Below are positions 1 to 11,022 of a stretch of 64,000 nt of DNA, in pieces (the stretch's first letter is position 1; every line of letters begins with the position of its first letter). A program made the position numbers and the translations under genes. This DNA comes from Candidatus Latescibacterota bacterium (lineage in GTDB: Bacteria; Krumholzibacteriota; Krumholzibacteriia; WVZY01), in NCBI GenBank assembly GCA_963791045.1, contig CAWBQK010000013.1, positions 160,001 to 224,000 on the forward strand. Reading direction: 5' to 3'. The notes under the pieces are model-generated. The model had not been told where the DNA came from and did no database searches. It was given only the letters and a program-made list of their open reading frames with translations.

Positions 1-2040
1 TTGACCATAAAATGCGGGCTGTCCTTGCGCAGGTACAAGTAAGCTTCGCCATCGGGACGGTTCACCTTCACCTTGAACGTCGCGAACTTCCCGCCCGGGG
101 TTTCGACTTCAACCTCCTCGAGGACCTCCACACTGATGGTCTGGAGTCCGCCGCTCTGGGTGTCGACCACAGGGAAACGAAACTTGGCCTCCATTTCGAG
201 CTGCAAGACATCCAATGCGCATACTCCACCGAACCGTCCAGGAGCGTGCCCTGAACCATCTCGAAGGTCACCTCTTTTGGCTCGGGCGAATCCAGCGACT
301 GGATTGTCCCCGAACAGTTGCATCTTGGTGAAAGCAAATCGGCGTCCATCGATTGCGGTCCCATCTGGAATTTGCGAATGTATGAAACGGGGGAAAGATC
401 CGCCGCCCGAAAGGCCATCTTCTCATCAAGACTGACCATACCAGCCAGATTGGTCGACACTTCAAATATCTCTCTTCGCCCTCTTCTTTTCTCTCCACGC
501 TGACCTCATATCGCCAAGCGCCATGCCCTGCACATTGAGCGCGTAGTAATTTTGACGTTGGAAAGCGCGGACGTGTCGTACTGGTAATCAGCCGGACTCA
601 CCGCAAGCGATCTATACGAGAGGGGCTCGCCTGCGATATCGAAGAGGTCCACCGGAGCAATCACGCTGACACCTTGTCGTAGATCTCCAGCGCGTCACCA
701 ACCAGGACAATGTTGAGCGGCCCGGGGTGAAGGTACTCGCCCATCACCCGCGAGATATCTTCGATCTCAACAGCAGCAAGTTTGTCGCGATATGTTTCCA
801 GCTCCTCCTGACCGAGACCGAGCAGCATGTACTGCGTTACTCGGCCCGCGATCTGATCGGGCGTCTCGATCTGATTCGGAAAATTGCCGACCAGATAATC
901 TTTGGCGTTTTTGAGATCATCCGTCGGTAACCGGCTCGGTTTTGATCCGATCGATTTCTTACATGAATTCAACAACGGCGCTATCGGTCGCCGCGGTTTT
1001 CACCGCCGCATTTGCCATAAAAGTGCCGTAGTCTTTTTCGCGGCTGAAAACGAACTGTACGCGCCATATGTCCAGCCTTGTCTTCACGGAGATTGTCGAA
1101 AAACCGCGCGTCAGATCCTCCACCAAGGATCCGATTGGCCACCGACAACGGCCGCCCAATCCGGGTCATCCGCTTTGAGCCAAGATGTCCGATGAAAATC
1201 TCGGTCTGAACCGCGCCGGGGCGGTGATAGAGATAAATCTGTGTTTCGGCGATTTTGGGCGCCGCCGTCATAGCGATCGGTCGGGTATCCCTGTCGCGAA
1301 TCACCAAAATACTTTTCGCCGGCTTTCTTGACATCCTTCGATTTCACGTCGCCGACAACACTAACGAAAACGTTGTTCGCCGCGTAGTTCTTCTCGTAGA
1401 AAGCAACAACATCTTCGCGAGTGATCGCCTCAACCGATTCGACCGAGTTACTGTTTGCCGTACGGATGGCTCCCATAGACGACGATCGGTGAAATGACTT
1501 CTCGGCCCATGGCGTTCGGCTGGGAAAGCTCGAGCTCGAGCGCCGTCTTGAGACGTTTGCGAATGACTTCCAGTTCGTCTTCCGGGAATATCGGATTCAT
1601 CATGATGTCATGAAGATACTCCCAGGCAACATCGACATACTCGCTGAGAACGGTCACGGTTATCGCCGAATACTCCGTATCGCTATAATCCGCCGGCCTG
1701 ACCGCCGACGGACTCGATCCATTCGGCGAGCTCGAGCGCCGACTTGGTTTTGGTTCCCTTGTTCAGCTGATCGCGGTAAACGCGGCAAGCGATTCCTTGC
1801 CTTTCGGATCGAGGCAGTCGCCGGTTTTTACCACAAAATAAATCGTTACAACCGGCTGCTCGCGGTGTTCAACAACGAGAAATTCCATCCCGTTTTCCAG
1901 CGTGAACTCTTTGAAATCGGGGAACCCGAGTTTTTTCATTTTTCGGGTGCCGGCGGATCCTGTTTTGCCGCGGCGCCACCGACGAGCAACTGCCAGACCG
2001 ACAGCGCAACAGGACCACGAGAATACTTTTCATATGCCAT
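1..2040 (-). pseudogene. M16 (insulinase) family peptidase, probably non-catalytic subunit with C-terminal extension; broken by many frameshifts
   Basis: Fragments across ORFs 1448-1657, 1111-1476, 981-1334 and 661-975 give typical M16 segments (LHDIMMNPIFPEDELE, YGSHPYG, ITREDVVAFYEKNYAANN, RPGAVQTEI, ANRILGGG, ETPDQIA). Start near MAYEKY at ~2040. Minus-strand coding-like sequence continues below 661, so the 3' boundary is uncertain. Frameshifts may be sequencing error. Confidence 0.7.
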
Positions 2041-2104
2041 TTCATATTCCTTTTTCCTCCTTTGATACCGATTCATTATCAGACGGATAGTCGTTCGGAA
2101 ATCA

Positions 2105-3461
2105 TCAACCTTCTTTGGAAGCGGGCATCGCAATAACAACCGTCCGGTTATTTTCAACGAGATACGTGGTTGGCGACACGGATGATGTCTTCCAGATGTC
2201 ACCGCCATGTAGATTGTCGAGATCGGTATTGATTTCGGGCAAGATCGCTTGATTGAAATACACATAGCGCTGGATCGTCTCGGCCTTGCTGAGAACCGTC
2301 TCACGCCCCATGACGAAGTCCCGGACTTGAACTGGACCTTCGCTTTTTCGAGTTCTTCGCCGCTCGAAATTCCCTCAGCCTTGACTTTGTCGATTTCCTC
2401 CATCATCAGCTGACTCGCATGTACCGATTTCCACGCCCACATTCGCCGCGCTGATGAACCTGAAAAGGCCGGGGCCTTTTCGACATCCACACCACCAAAG
2501 ACGACAACGGCCGCCTCTTCTTCTTTCACGAGCCGCCTGTGCATCCTGCTCGCTTCGCCGTCGGTGAGGATCGTGCCAAGAAGCTCCAGCGCCGGCATGT
2601 CCTCGTGGACGACTATTCGGGAGATATAGGCCACGAAAACCGCCGGGACGTTGGCGTTCTGGTCATCGATCATTTTCCGGCGTTCTCCATCGTGCGGCGG
2701 TTCGACGCCCTGAGCGCACAACATCCGCGCCTCGCGGAATATCACCGAAGTACTCTTCTACCATCTTCATCGTTTTCTTGTAGTCGATGTCACCGACAAC
2801 AACCAGAACCGCATTGTTCGGGACTGTAATAGTTGTCGAAAAACGCCTGGACGTCGCGGACTTCCGCCGCGTCGAGATCCACCATTTTGCCGATGACGGT
2901 GTGACTGTAAGGTTCAAAATTATAACGAAAGCGTATCCGATGTCAGAAAGGCAGCGCCGTAAGGCTGGTTATCAACACGTTGTTTGCGCTCTTCTTCTTG
3001 ACAACGTCTCGCTGATTTTCGAAATTCTCCATGGTAATCGCCAACGAACGCATGCGGTCGGCTTCGAGCCACAGCGCGAGGTTCAATCGGTTTGCCGGCA
3101 TCACCTCGTAATAGTTGGTTCGGTCTTCGTGTCGTCGAACCGTTGTTGTTTCCACCCGCCCGTCTGCACGAAATTCGAGTGCTCTCTCTTGTCAACATTT
3201 TCGGACCCCTGGAACATCATGTGTTCGAAGAGATGGGCAAAACCACTCCTCCCTATCTCTTCATAACCACTCCCACGTGATACCACACATCCACCGCCAC
3301 GATCGGCACGGATTTATCTTCGCCAGGATGACGCTGAAGGCCGTTATCCAGCTCGTATTCCTTGTATTTGATATTATCCGGCCTTTTTACCGGCGTATGG
3401 CGACAAGGGCGAGGGACATCACGACGGCGGCAAACACCATAAATGCGACTGCTCTTTTCAT
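2105..3461 (-). pseudogene. M16 family zinc peptidase (catalytic HxxEH subunit), frameshifted
   Basis: Signal-peptide-like MKRAVAFMVFAAVV after GGAGG; GRSGFAHLFEHMMFQGS; RTNYYEVMPANRLNLALWLEADRM; PNNAVLVVVGD; spread over at least 6 ORF fragments. Confidence 0.8.
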
Positions 3462-3779
3462 GAAACCTCCTCGGAACGAAAACGACCTTGGATTAAAATA
3501 GATGTGAACTCGTGCGCGCCACGCGGACCGCGGGCAATTTCCGCGGTTACCGGCTGAACTCGCCACGAGCACCGTCCGGAGACCAACCAATAGACTTAAC
3601 TACGAAGACACGGAAGATATGTTGTCGAAGTCCCGAAAATCATTGCAAAACTTAATGTTCCTGTCAAGAGTGAACGCCGTGAACGCCTCCCTGAGGGCCA
3701 CGAGAAGAGGCGTGACGGTCACACCCGGCAGAGGGCAAACCACTTGAACAATATGGGTTTTTGATCTAATTTCGTTTCT

Positions 3780-5220
3780 ATGATCAGCCGCCATGTGACC
3801 TTCTATTTCGAGGGCCGTCCCCACAGGGGAGTCGAGGGTGAACCCATTGCCAAAGCGTTATTTGCGGCTGGGATCCGCACCCTTTCCTACAGCGTGAAAT
3901 ACAAACGGCCGAGAAGCATCCACTGCGCCAGGGGCCGATGCTCGACCTGCCACATGTCAGTCGACGGAGTTCCCGGCGTTCCAACATGCATTACGCCCCT
4001 CAGAGAAGGAATGCGAGTGGAGCGAGAGCAGTATCAACCTCTCGTGTCGCCGGTGTTAACCACCTTCGCGCGGTTGGTCGAATTCCCCGCCGGTTTTTAT
4101 TACCGGATGTTCACAAAACCCGCGCCCATCCGAAAAATGTTTCTGGGCACACTCCGGAAAATGGCGGGGATCGGCAGAATCGATCCCGACCCGACTTACC
4201 GGTCCAATAAATCTCCCGGAGAAGCGGTGATCATCCGGGCTGCGCGACAGGTATGATGTTACCGTCGTCGGCGCGGGCCTGTCGGGAATGGCCGCCGCGT
4301 TGTTGTCGGCCGAACGCGGAGCCGTCGTTCTTCTCATCGATGAATACGGCCATTTCGGCGGCCACAGTTTTGGATATCAACCTGACGATGATTTGTCCAC
4401 CGCGCGCGACGATCTCACAAAACGTATCGCATCTCACCCGGCAATCGACTATCGACCGCTTACAACCGCGCTGGGTTTCTACCCGCCCGACACACTGCTG
4501 TTGGGCCCTGGCGGATCAACGGGATTCGAACCGTACGGAGGCGAACGAGGTCACACGGCGAATACTCCACCACCACCGGGGATGTACAGGATCACGTCGC
4601 CGACATTCGTTTTCGCCACCGGGACAAACGATTCGATACCGCTTTTTGAAAACAATGACACGCCCGGGATCTTTGGGGGCCGCGCTGTACGGCTTCTCCT
4701 TGAACGGGACGATATTCGGCCCGGGAGGCGCGCCGTTGTCTTTGGATCGGGGCCGGAACTGCGTACCAACGCCCAACTACTTCTCCATCACGATATAAAA
4801 ATCGTCGCGCTAGTCGATCCGACCGACCGGACGGCCACCGATTCGAAACAGCGACGCGTGCTCGACAAAGTCCGGACCATCGCGAGCGCAAGAATCCATT
4901 CGGCCAGGGGCGGGGACTGGCTCAGGTCGATCGACATTGTTCCCCGGACGGGAACAGAGAGAAAAACGAGGCTCTCCTGCGACATGCTTTGTGTTGCGCT
5001 TCCCGGACAGCCCGCATACGAACTACCTTACCAGGCGAACTTCCACTACGCTCTTTCGAGCGCGGAGATCGAAGAAGAGAGAATGATGATTCCGACCTCC
5101 ACGCGGATCGAGAGTAGTGGCGGAGAATCGCCGCGGTTCATCGTAGTGGGAGGAGCCGCCGGCATAAACGGCTGGCAGGAGAAAATTGATAACGGGAGAA
5201 ATGCGGCAGCCTGGATTTAG
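3780..5220 (+). CDS. Sarcosine oxidase/proline dehydrogenase alpha-like subunit (2Fe-2S domain + FAD/NAD(P) Rossmann domain), split by one frameshift near 4240
   Basis: ORF 3780-4256 has RSIHCARGRCSTC...CITPLREGM (Fer2_4-type). In the next frame, 4240-4290 reads LRDRYDVTVVGAGLSGM and continues into ORF 4288-5220 (FATG, FENNDTPGI). Confidence 0.8.
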
Positions 5221-5247
5221 GCTCGATCCACCACCCGAAGGGATGCA

Positions 5248-5568
5248 ATGGGTAAGACGATTCTATGCCACTGCGAAGACGTCGATGTCGAGGAAGTCCA
5301 TTCCGCCATCGCACAAGGCTTTGGCGATCTGGAAACACTGCGGCGATACACGGGTATCGGAACCGGAAAATGCCAGGGCAAGTGTTGTATCGTACAAACT
5401 CTTCGTGTCCTTGCCTCGATCGCCGAAGAGCGGAGCGGCGGAGAGCAAAAAAACGGCAAGAAGGGTCTCACCGGCGATCCCGGCTGTTTGCATCTGCCCA
5501 CGGTACGCCCGCCCATCTTACCCATGCGAGTAGATGACATCATCGAAGCCAGGAAGGAAAACGAGTGA
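5248..5568 (+). CDS. BFD-like (2Fe-2S)-binding protein (sarcosine oxidase alpha C-terminal-like)
   Basis: LCHCEDV...RRYTGIGTGKCQGKCC...TVRPPI. Confidence 0.85.
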   Translation: MGKTILCHCEDVDVEEVHSAIAQGFGDLETLRRYTGIGTGKCQGKCCIVQTLRVLASIAEERSGGEQKNGKKGLTGDPGCLHLPTVRPPILPMRVDDIIEARKENE

Positions 5569-6710
5569 CCACGACGGCCGATATCGTAATCATCGGCGGC
5601 GGCGTAAACGGCCTTGCGTGTGCCTACAATCTCGCCAAAGCCGGGATGAAAAAAATCGTCGTCCTCGAAAAGGGATATCTCGGAGTCGGAGCCACGGGGC
5701 GATGCGGAGCCGGTGTGCGGCAGCAATGGGGCATGGAAGAAAACATAATCCTCGCTCGTGAATCCGTGAAGATATTTGAAACGCTCCCCCAGGAACTCGA
5801 TTTCAACGTGTTCTTCCGTCAGGGCGGGTACCTGGTAATGATCTATGATGAGAACGAATACGATCTCGTCACCCGTTCGATACCCATTCAAAACAAGCTC
5901 GATGTTCCATCGAAACTCCTCGACAAAAAAGAAATCGCCGAACTGGTGCCGGGGATCAATCTCGATGGGGTCCTCGGCGCCGCTTACTGCCCAACCGACG
6001 GGGTTTGTTACCCATATGCGGTTCTTTGGGGGTACGGCGAAGCGGCGAGACGGCTGGGCGTCGACATCCGCACACACACCGAGGTAACCGGGGTCGACAT
6101 CCTTGTCGGACAAAGCTACTCGGTAAAGACAACCGACGGAACCTACAATGCCCCGCTGATCTTGAACGTGGCGGGGGCCAGAACCAGGGACATCGCGGCG
6201 CTGCTCGGGATCGATATCCCCACAGAACCCCACAGGCATGAAATCGCGGTCACCGACGCGCTCAAACCTTTTCTCGACCCCGTCGTCATTTCACCAAAGA
6301 AGGGCTTCTACTTTTCGCAGAGTCTTCGGGGAGAAATCGTGGGAGGAATCGGCGACGAAAACGAACCATCATCGTACTCAACGAAGTCCTCGATTGATTT
6401 TCTCTTTAGATACGCTTCCGCGTTGAGGGAAGTATTTCCCGCCCTCGGCAAGGTGAGGATCATCCGGCAGTGGGCGGGGTTGTACGACATGTCCCCCGAC
6501 GCGCGACCAATACTGGGAACGGTGGATGGTTTTGATGGGTATTTCCATGCGTGCGGTTTTAGCGGGCATGGATTTATGCTGAGCCCTATAACGGCAAAAC
6601 TTCTCACGGAACTCATAACGACAGGGTCGACATCGATCCCGATTGACACGCTCGACCTCAAACGGTTCGCCGCGGGACCGCTCACCAGGGACCCCTACGT
6701 CGTCGGCTGA
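5565..6710 (+). CDS. FAD-dependent oxidoreductase, DAO family (sarcosine oxidase/proline dehydrogenase beta-like)
   Basis: DIVIIGGGVNG, GATGRCGAGVRQQW, RQWAGLYDMSPDARPILG, CGFSGHGFM; GTGA overlap with the upstream gene. Confidence 0.9.
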   Translation: MTTTADIVIIGGGVNGLACAYNLAKAGMKKIVVLEKGYLGVGATGRCGAGVRQQWGMEENIILARESVKIFETLPQELDFNVFFRQGGYLVMIYDENEYDLVTRSIPIQNKLDVPSKLLDKKEIAELVPGINLDGVLGAAYCPTDGVCYPYAVLWGYGEAARRLGVDIRTHTEVTGVDILVGQSYSVKTTDGTYNAPLILNVAGARTRDIAALLGIDIPTEPHRHEIAVTDALKPFLDPVVISPKKGFYFSQSLRGEIVGGIGDENEPSSYSTKSSIDFLFRYASALREVFPALGKVRIIRQWAGLYDMSPDARPILGTVDGFDGYFHACGFSGHGFMLSPITAKLLTELITTGSTSIPIDTLDLKRFAAGPLTRDPYVVG

Positions 6711-6856
6711 CGGTGCCCCACGCAATGCTTCTCAACTCTTTAAAAACGCAAGAAATACAGGGTTGACCCAGGCCGGTATTTTTATCATGATTGGACGAAT
6801 CAAAAGCCTTCATTTTCTTTGTTAATTCCAAGACAAACACATAAAAGGAGGTACTC

Positions 6857-7669
6857 GTGGAAAACGTGTACAACGAAATGGTGTCTTTCGCGACGACCTA
6901 CGGTCTGAAGGTGATCGGCGCGATAGTCATCTTGCTCCTCGGCCGATTCGCCGCGGGGTTTTGCCGCAAGGCACTCAAAAAGGTCCTTACCACCAAGAAT
7001 GTCGACCCCGCCGTCGTATCATTTGCCAGCAGCCTGACTTATTTCCTCGTGCTTACGATCGCCGTGATCGCGTCGCTCTCAAAATTCGGTGTTGAAACAA
7101 CATCTTTTGTCGCGATAATCGGCGCAGCCGGTTTTGCCGTCGGGTTTGCGCTACAGGGATCGCTTGCGAACTTCGCCGCGGGGGTATTGATTCTCGTTCT
7201 TCGCCCGTACCGGGTGGGTGACTACATCGAGGCGGCGGGTGTCGCCGGAGCCGTCAAGGAGGTCCAGCTTTTCACGACGGTACTCGCCACTCCGGACAAC
7301 ATTCGGATTCTTGTCCCCAACGGCAAGGTCTTCGGCGAGGTCATCAAAAACTACTCGGCGAATTCGACCCGCCGCATCGATCTCGTCGTGGGCATCGGGT
7401 ACGGCTCGTCTATTGAAAAGACCTATGAAGTCATCAAAGACATTCTCAATAGCGAAAGCCGGATCCTGAAGGATCCCGAGTACACGATTGCCGTCGCCGA
7501 ACTCGCCGATTCGAGCGTCAATTTTGTGGTTCGTCCGTGGGTCAACAAAGATGATTACTGGCCGACACGGTTTGATCTGACCGAGAAGATCAAACTGCGT
7601 CTCGACGATGCCAATATCGAAATTCCTTTCCCGCAGCGCACGGTCCACATGGTAAACACTGGCTCGTAG
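6857..7669 (+). CDS. mscS: Small-conductance mechanosensitive channel
   Basis: GAAGFAVGFALQGSLANFAAGV, RPYRVGDYIE, EIPFPQR; AGGAGG SD before GTG. Confidence 0.95.
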   Translation: MENVYNEMVSFATTYGLKVIGAIVILLLGRFAAGFCRKALKKVLTTKNVDPAVVSFASSLTYFLVLTIAVIASLSKFGVETTSFVAIIGAAGFAVGFALQGSLANFAAGVLILVLRPYRVGDYIEAAGVAGAVKEVQLFTTVLATPDNIRILVPNGKVFGEVIKNYSANSTRRIDLVVGIGYGSSIEKTYEVIKDILNSESRILKDPEYTIAVAELADSSVNFVVRPWVNKDDYWPTRFDLTEKIKLRLDDANIEIPFPQRTVHMVNTGS

Positions 7670-7697
7670 GCCAAAACAACGCGTTTTCGCAGAATCC

Positions 7698-7735
7698 AAA
7701 AAAACCGGAGGCCTCAAGGCGCCTTCGGTTTTTTT
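7698..7735. terminator. Bidirectional intrinsic terminator between convergent mscS and arsC
   Basis: A7-CCGGAGGC...GCCTTCGG-T7. Confidence 0.85.
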
Positions 7736-7776
7736 CTGCCCGGGAGAACAAACGCGGCCCGTTCGAGACCGCACCT

Positions 7777-8208
7777 TCAATCTGATTTTGCCTGCCAGAT
7801 CTGCCGAAGTAAGTCTTCAACCTTGCCTTCGATGATATCGCGTGCACGCCTGAACCTGTCACGATTCTCCGAAAGCGGATCACTTATGTTCCAGGTGATC
7901 ACTTCGCCGGTCAACGCCGCGGGGAACACGTCATGGTTGGGATACCCGGATATGTTGACGATGTAATCCATCTCCCCAATCGGAACGTCGCTTAAGCCTT
8001 TTGAATGCTGGCCGCGGATATCGATTCCCTTCTCCTGCATGACCGCTATGGCCTGGGGATCGACGAGACCGGAGTGAGCAACCCCGGCGCTAAAAACGGA
8101 CAGAAAGGCGCTCCCGCTATCTCTGGCGAATCCCTCTGCCATCTGGGAACGGATCTGGTTGCCGATGCAGACGAATAGAACTTTTGTTTTTGAATTGTCG
8201 TTGGTCAT
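7777..8208 (-). CDS. arsC: Arsenate reductase / LMW-PTP family
   Basis: VLFVCIGNQIRSQMAEG P-loop and WNISDP. The redox Cys pair of Trx-coupled ArsC is not evident. Confidence 0.7.
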   Translation of the reverse strand: MTNDNSKTKVLFVCIGNQIRSQMAEGFARDSGSAFLSVFSAGVAHSGLVDPQAIAVMQEKGIDIRGQHSKGLSDVPIGEMDYIVNISGYPNHDVFPAALTGEVITWNISDPLSENRDRFRRARDIIEGKVEDLLRQIWQAKSD

Positions 8209-8252
8209 TGTTGTTTTGTCTCCGATGTTGCCGTCTGGCCCGGTACGGGTGC

Positions 8253-9026
8253 CTACTTTTCGCCACGATAAATGTAAGCGACGCCGGCGGCAAGTTTTTT
8301 TGCGAGAAGCGAATCGAGCCCGCCCCTTGCCATCAGTTCGAGCACGCGATCGCGCGGCAAAAACCCGTCGACCGAAGTCGCAAGATACTTGTATGCGACG
8401 TCCGAACCGGAGATGAAGCCGCCGATCGCCGGGATCACTTTCTTGAGATAAAAATTATACCCTTTGAGATAGAGACTCCGTGTCGGCGGGGCGAACTCGA
8501 GGATCACGAGTTTGCCACCAGGTTTGAGAACCCGCACCAGTTCGGCCATTCCCTTTGCGTAGTTGGAAAGATTTCTCACGCCAAACGAGATGGCAACAGC
8601 GTCGAAGGTGTCATCTTCAAACGGCAGGTCGAGGACATCGGCCTCCGTGAACCGCACCTTTCCATCAAGTCTCTTTTTTTCCGCCTTGGCGCTTGCCACA
8701 TCGAGCATACCCGTCGACAGATCTACGCCGACGACACTCGATACACGCCGCGAGCCGGCAAAAACCATCGCGACATCGCCCGTTCCCGTACACGCATCGA
8801 GAACCGTTGCGCCTTCGGGGATCTCGGAAAGCGTCAAAAGATCTTTTCTCCACGACCGGTCGATATTCAAGCTGAAGAAATGATTCAAAAAGTCGTATTG
8901 GCCCGCAATCAACGAAAACATCGCGGGGGTTTCCGATTTGCGCATGGTGTCCATTCTTCGATCCGGCCTTTTTTGGATTGATTCGCTATTTTCGGGATCC
9001 GTCAATGAATCCGAGTTCTTTCTCAT
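8253..9026 (-). CDS. menG: UbiE/MenG-family SAM methyltransferase
   Basis: MFSLIAGQYDFLNHFFSLNIDRSWR, VLDACTGTGD, SFGVRN, YKYLATSV. Start placed at the ATGA overlap (9023-9026); alternative starts at 8954 or 8945. Confidence 0.8.
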   Translation of the reverse strand: MRKNSDSLTDPENSESIQKRPDRRMDTMRKSETPAMFSLIAGQYDFLNHFFSLNIDRSWRKDLLTLSEIPEGATVLDACTGTGDVAMVFAGSRRVSSVVGVDLSTGMLDVASAKAEKKRLDGKVRFTEADVLDLPFEDDTFDAVAISFGVRNLSNYAKGMAELVRVLKPGGKLVILEFAPPTRSLYLKGYNFYLKKVIPAIGGFISGSDVAYKYLATSVDGFLPRDRVLELMARGGLDSLLAKKLAAGVAYIYRGEK

Positions 9027-9724
9027 CGTGACCTGGATTTCAAGTAGCGGGGATACAAACGGAATATCGTTCCTATTATCTTCGCTCCCGCCAGAATCGT
9101 TCCCTTCACCGTCCCCGATATCTTCGATTTGCCGATGCGAGGCCGGTACCTCACCGGAACCTCGAGGATACGAAGCCCGTACTCGATGGCCTTGACCTGC
9201 ATCTCGGCATTCCAACCAAAATTCTTGTCGCGCATCGATAGTCGTTCGAGACTCTCGCGTCGGATGGCTCTGAATGGGCCCATATCGGTGAACCGAACAC
9301 CGTACATGACGCGTATCAACGTACAGGCCAGCGCGTTGCCAAATCGTTGGTTCCACTGGAGCGATCCCTTTTGGGCCTCGCCCGTGACACGAGACCCTAT
9401 CACAAAATCAGCTTCGTTGCGAAGGATTGGATCGAGAAGAAACGGCAGGTCTTCGGGGTAATCGGAATGGTCACCGTCAAGGATTACGACGATCCCCGCG
9501 GAGTCGGCCATTGCCGCGATCCCCGCGAGACACGCGGCGCCGTACCCTTTCTTCGGCTCACTCACAACCCGCGCGCCGTACCGCCGTGCCGCTTCCACGG
9601 TTCCGTCGGTCGATCCGTTGTCCACGACAATGACTTCCGTGACATGGTCCCCCGGGATTTCATCAATCACCAGACCGATCGATTTCTCTTCGTTGAAAGC
9701 GGGGATGATTACGCTTGCTTTCAT
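9023..9724 (-). CDS. GT2 glycosyltransferase (polyprenol-phosphate glycosyltransferase-like)
   Basis: VIIPAFNEE, VVDNGSTDGT, LDGDHSD, TDMGPFRAI, IGKSKISGT. Confidence 0.9.
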   Translation of the reverse strand: MKASVIIPAFNEEKSIGLVIDEIPGDHVTEVIVVDNGSTDGTVEAARRYGARVVSEPKKGYGAACLAGIAAMADSAGIVVILDGDHSDYPEDLPFLLDPILRNEADFVIGSRVTGEAQKGSLQWNQRFGNALACTLIRVMYGVRFTDMGPFRAIRRESLERLSMRDKNFGWNAEMQVKAIEYGLRILEVPVRYRPRIGKSKISGTVKGTILAGAKIIGTIFRLYPRYLKSRSR

Positions 9725-11007
9725 GCGTCAACACTCCTGTTCGAACGCCGTGCACCGAAACCCTCCCACAGCAGGAGGACGAAAAACGGAATGTACTCGA
9801 TCATTATCGTGATGGCACCGGGCTCCCACCGTCCCGTCGTGTTGTATACCACCCAAACCCAGTAGCTTGCTGCGATCGCCCCCGAGAGATACAACCAGGC
9901 CCTGCTCGGATAGAAACACAAAAACGGGATGATCCAGCACAGGTACCACGGATACAGTGTCGGAGTGAGGAGCAGCGCACAGCCAACAATGAGGAACGAG
10001 CATCTCAACAGATCGTTCTGCCTGTACCCCTGTATGATCGAAAACAACGCTACCACGGCGTAGAGTCCATAGCGGATCCAACCCGCGTCCCCGAAAACAG
10101 CGCCGAGCGCCGAATACACGGCCGGGTTGAATTTCCAGTTGTCCCCGTACACCCGCAGGCTCGATATGAGCCCGCCCGACGCGTCAACAAAAGGCAAATA
10201 GGCAATCGCCGTAACAACAACAAAGAGGCCCACACCGAGGGCGGCGCGCCTTTTGAAAAGATAGAACGGCAGCAAAAGTATCGAGAGGTATTTGGAGAGA
10301 AACGAAAAAGTCAACGCGAGAACGCTGGACAGACGTTTCCGTGAATGCCAAAGGTATACGGAGAGAAGAAGAAAGAATATCCCGGCGGAATCAAGATGAC
10401 CCGAATGCGCAAACTCGATGAGGACGAGCGGACTCCAGGCGTACACTACCGAAAACAACGGATTACGTCCCCGCTCTGCAAGGAGAAGCATCAGCACACC
10501 CAGTGTGGCAATGTCAAAAAGCGTAAAGAGAATCTTTTGGGTTGTCACATTGGCCCGAAGGTACGCCCCCACAAAAAACACGGCCTGCGCAAACGGGGGG
10601 TATATCGTCTCGAGGTGGGGATGGTTAATTTGTGCGTAGTTTTCGTCGCGGAGGTGCTCCAGTTCGGAAGACGACGGAGCCAGACCAAACGGGTTCTGCC
10701 CTGCGGCGATCACCCTCCCCTCCCAAAGATACCTGTAAATGTCCGTCGATAGCGTCGGCGCGGCGCCAAGTAAAATCACTCGGCATACAACGGCGATAAG
10801 AAAAACATAGCCAACGAGCCACTTACCCGCAGGGTTCTTCAAAAAAATCACCACGACCGCCACGATGTAGGCGGCAAACATCAATCCAAAAACGAGCAGA
10901 AATCGAGGAATCACCGTCGTCAATCCGCCGAGAGACAAAAGGTAAACGGCGAGGCCGGTCAACACCAGACCGGGGACTATGACGGACAGCCAATGAATCG
11001 ATTTCAT
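9721..11007 (-). CDS. Multi-TM GT-C type glycosyltransferase (DUF2029/GT87-like)
   Basis: LSTDIYRYLWEG, INHP..TIYPP, YAWSPL..EF..SGHLD, TPTLYPWY; about 10 hydrophobic segments. Confidence 0.8.
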   Translation of the reverse strand: MKSIHWLSVIVPGLVLTGLAVYLLSLGGLTTVIPRFLLVFGLMFAAYIVAVVVIFLKNPAGKWLVGYVFLIAVVCRVILLGAAPTLSTDIYRYLWEGRVIAAGQNPFGLAPSSSELEHLRDENYAQINHPHLETIYPPFAQAVFFVGAYLRANVTTQKILFTLFDIATLGVLMLLLAERGRNPLFSVVYAWSPLVLIEFAHSGHLDSAGIFFLLLSVYLWHSRKRLSSVLALTFSFLSKYLSILLLPFYLFKRRAALGVGLFVVVTAIAYLPFVDASGGLISSLRVYGDNWKFNPAVYSALGAVFGDAGWIRYGLYAVVALFSIIQGYRQNDLLRCSFLIVGCALLLTPTLYPWYLCWIIPFLCFYPSRAWLYLSGAIAASYWVWVVYNTTGRWEPGAITIMIEYIPFFVLLLWEGFGARRSNRSVDA

Positions 11008-11022
11008 TCCGTTCCTGCAGGG

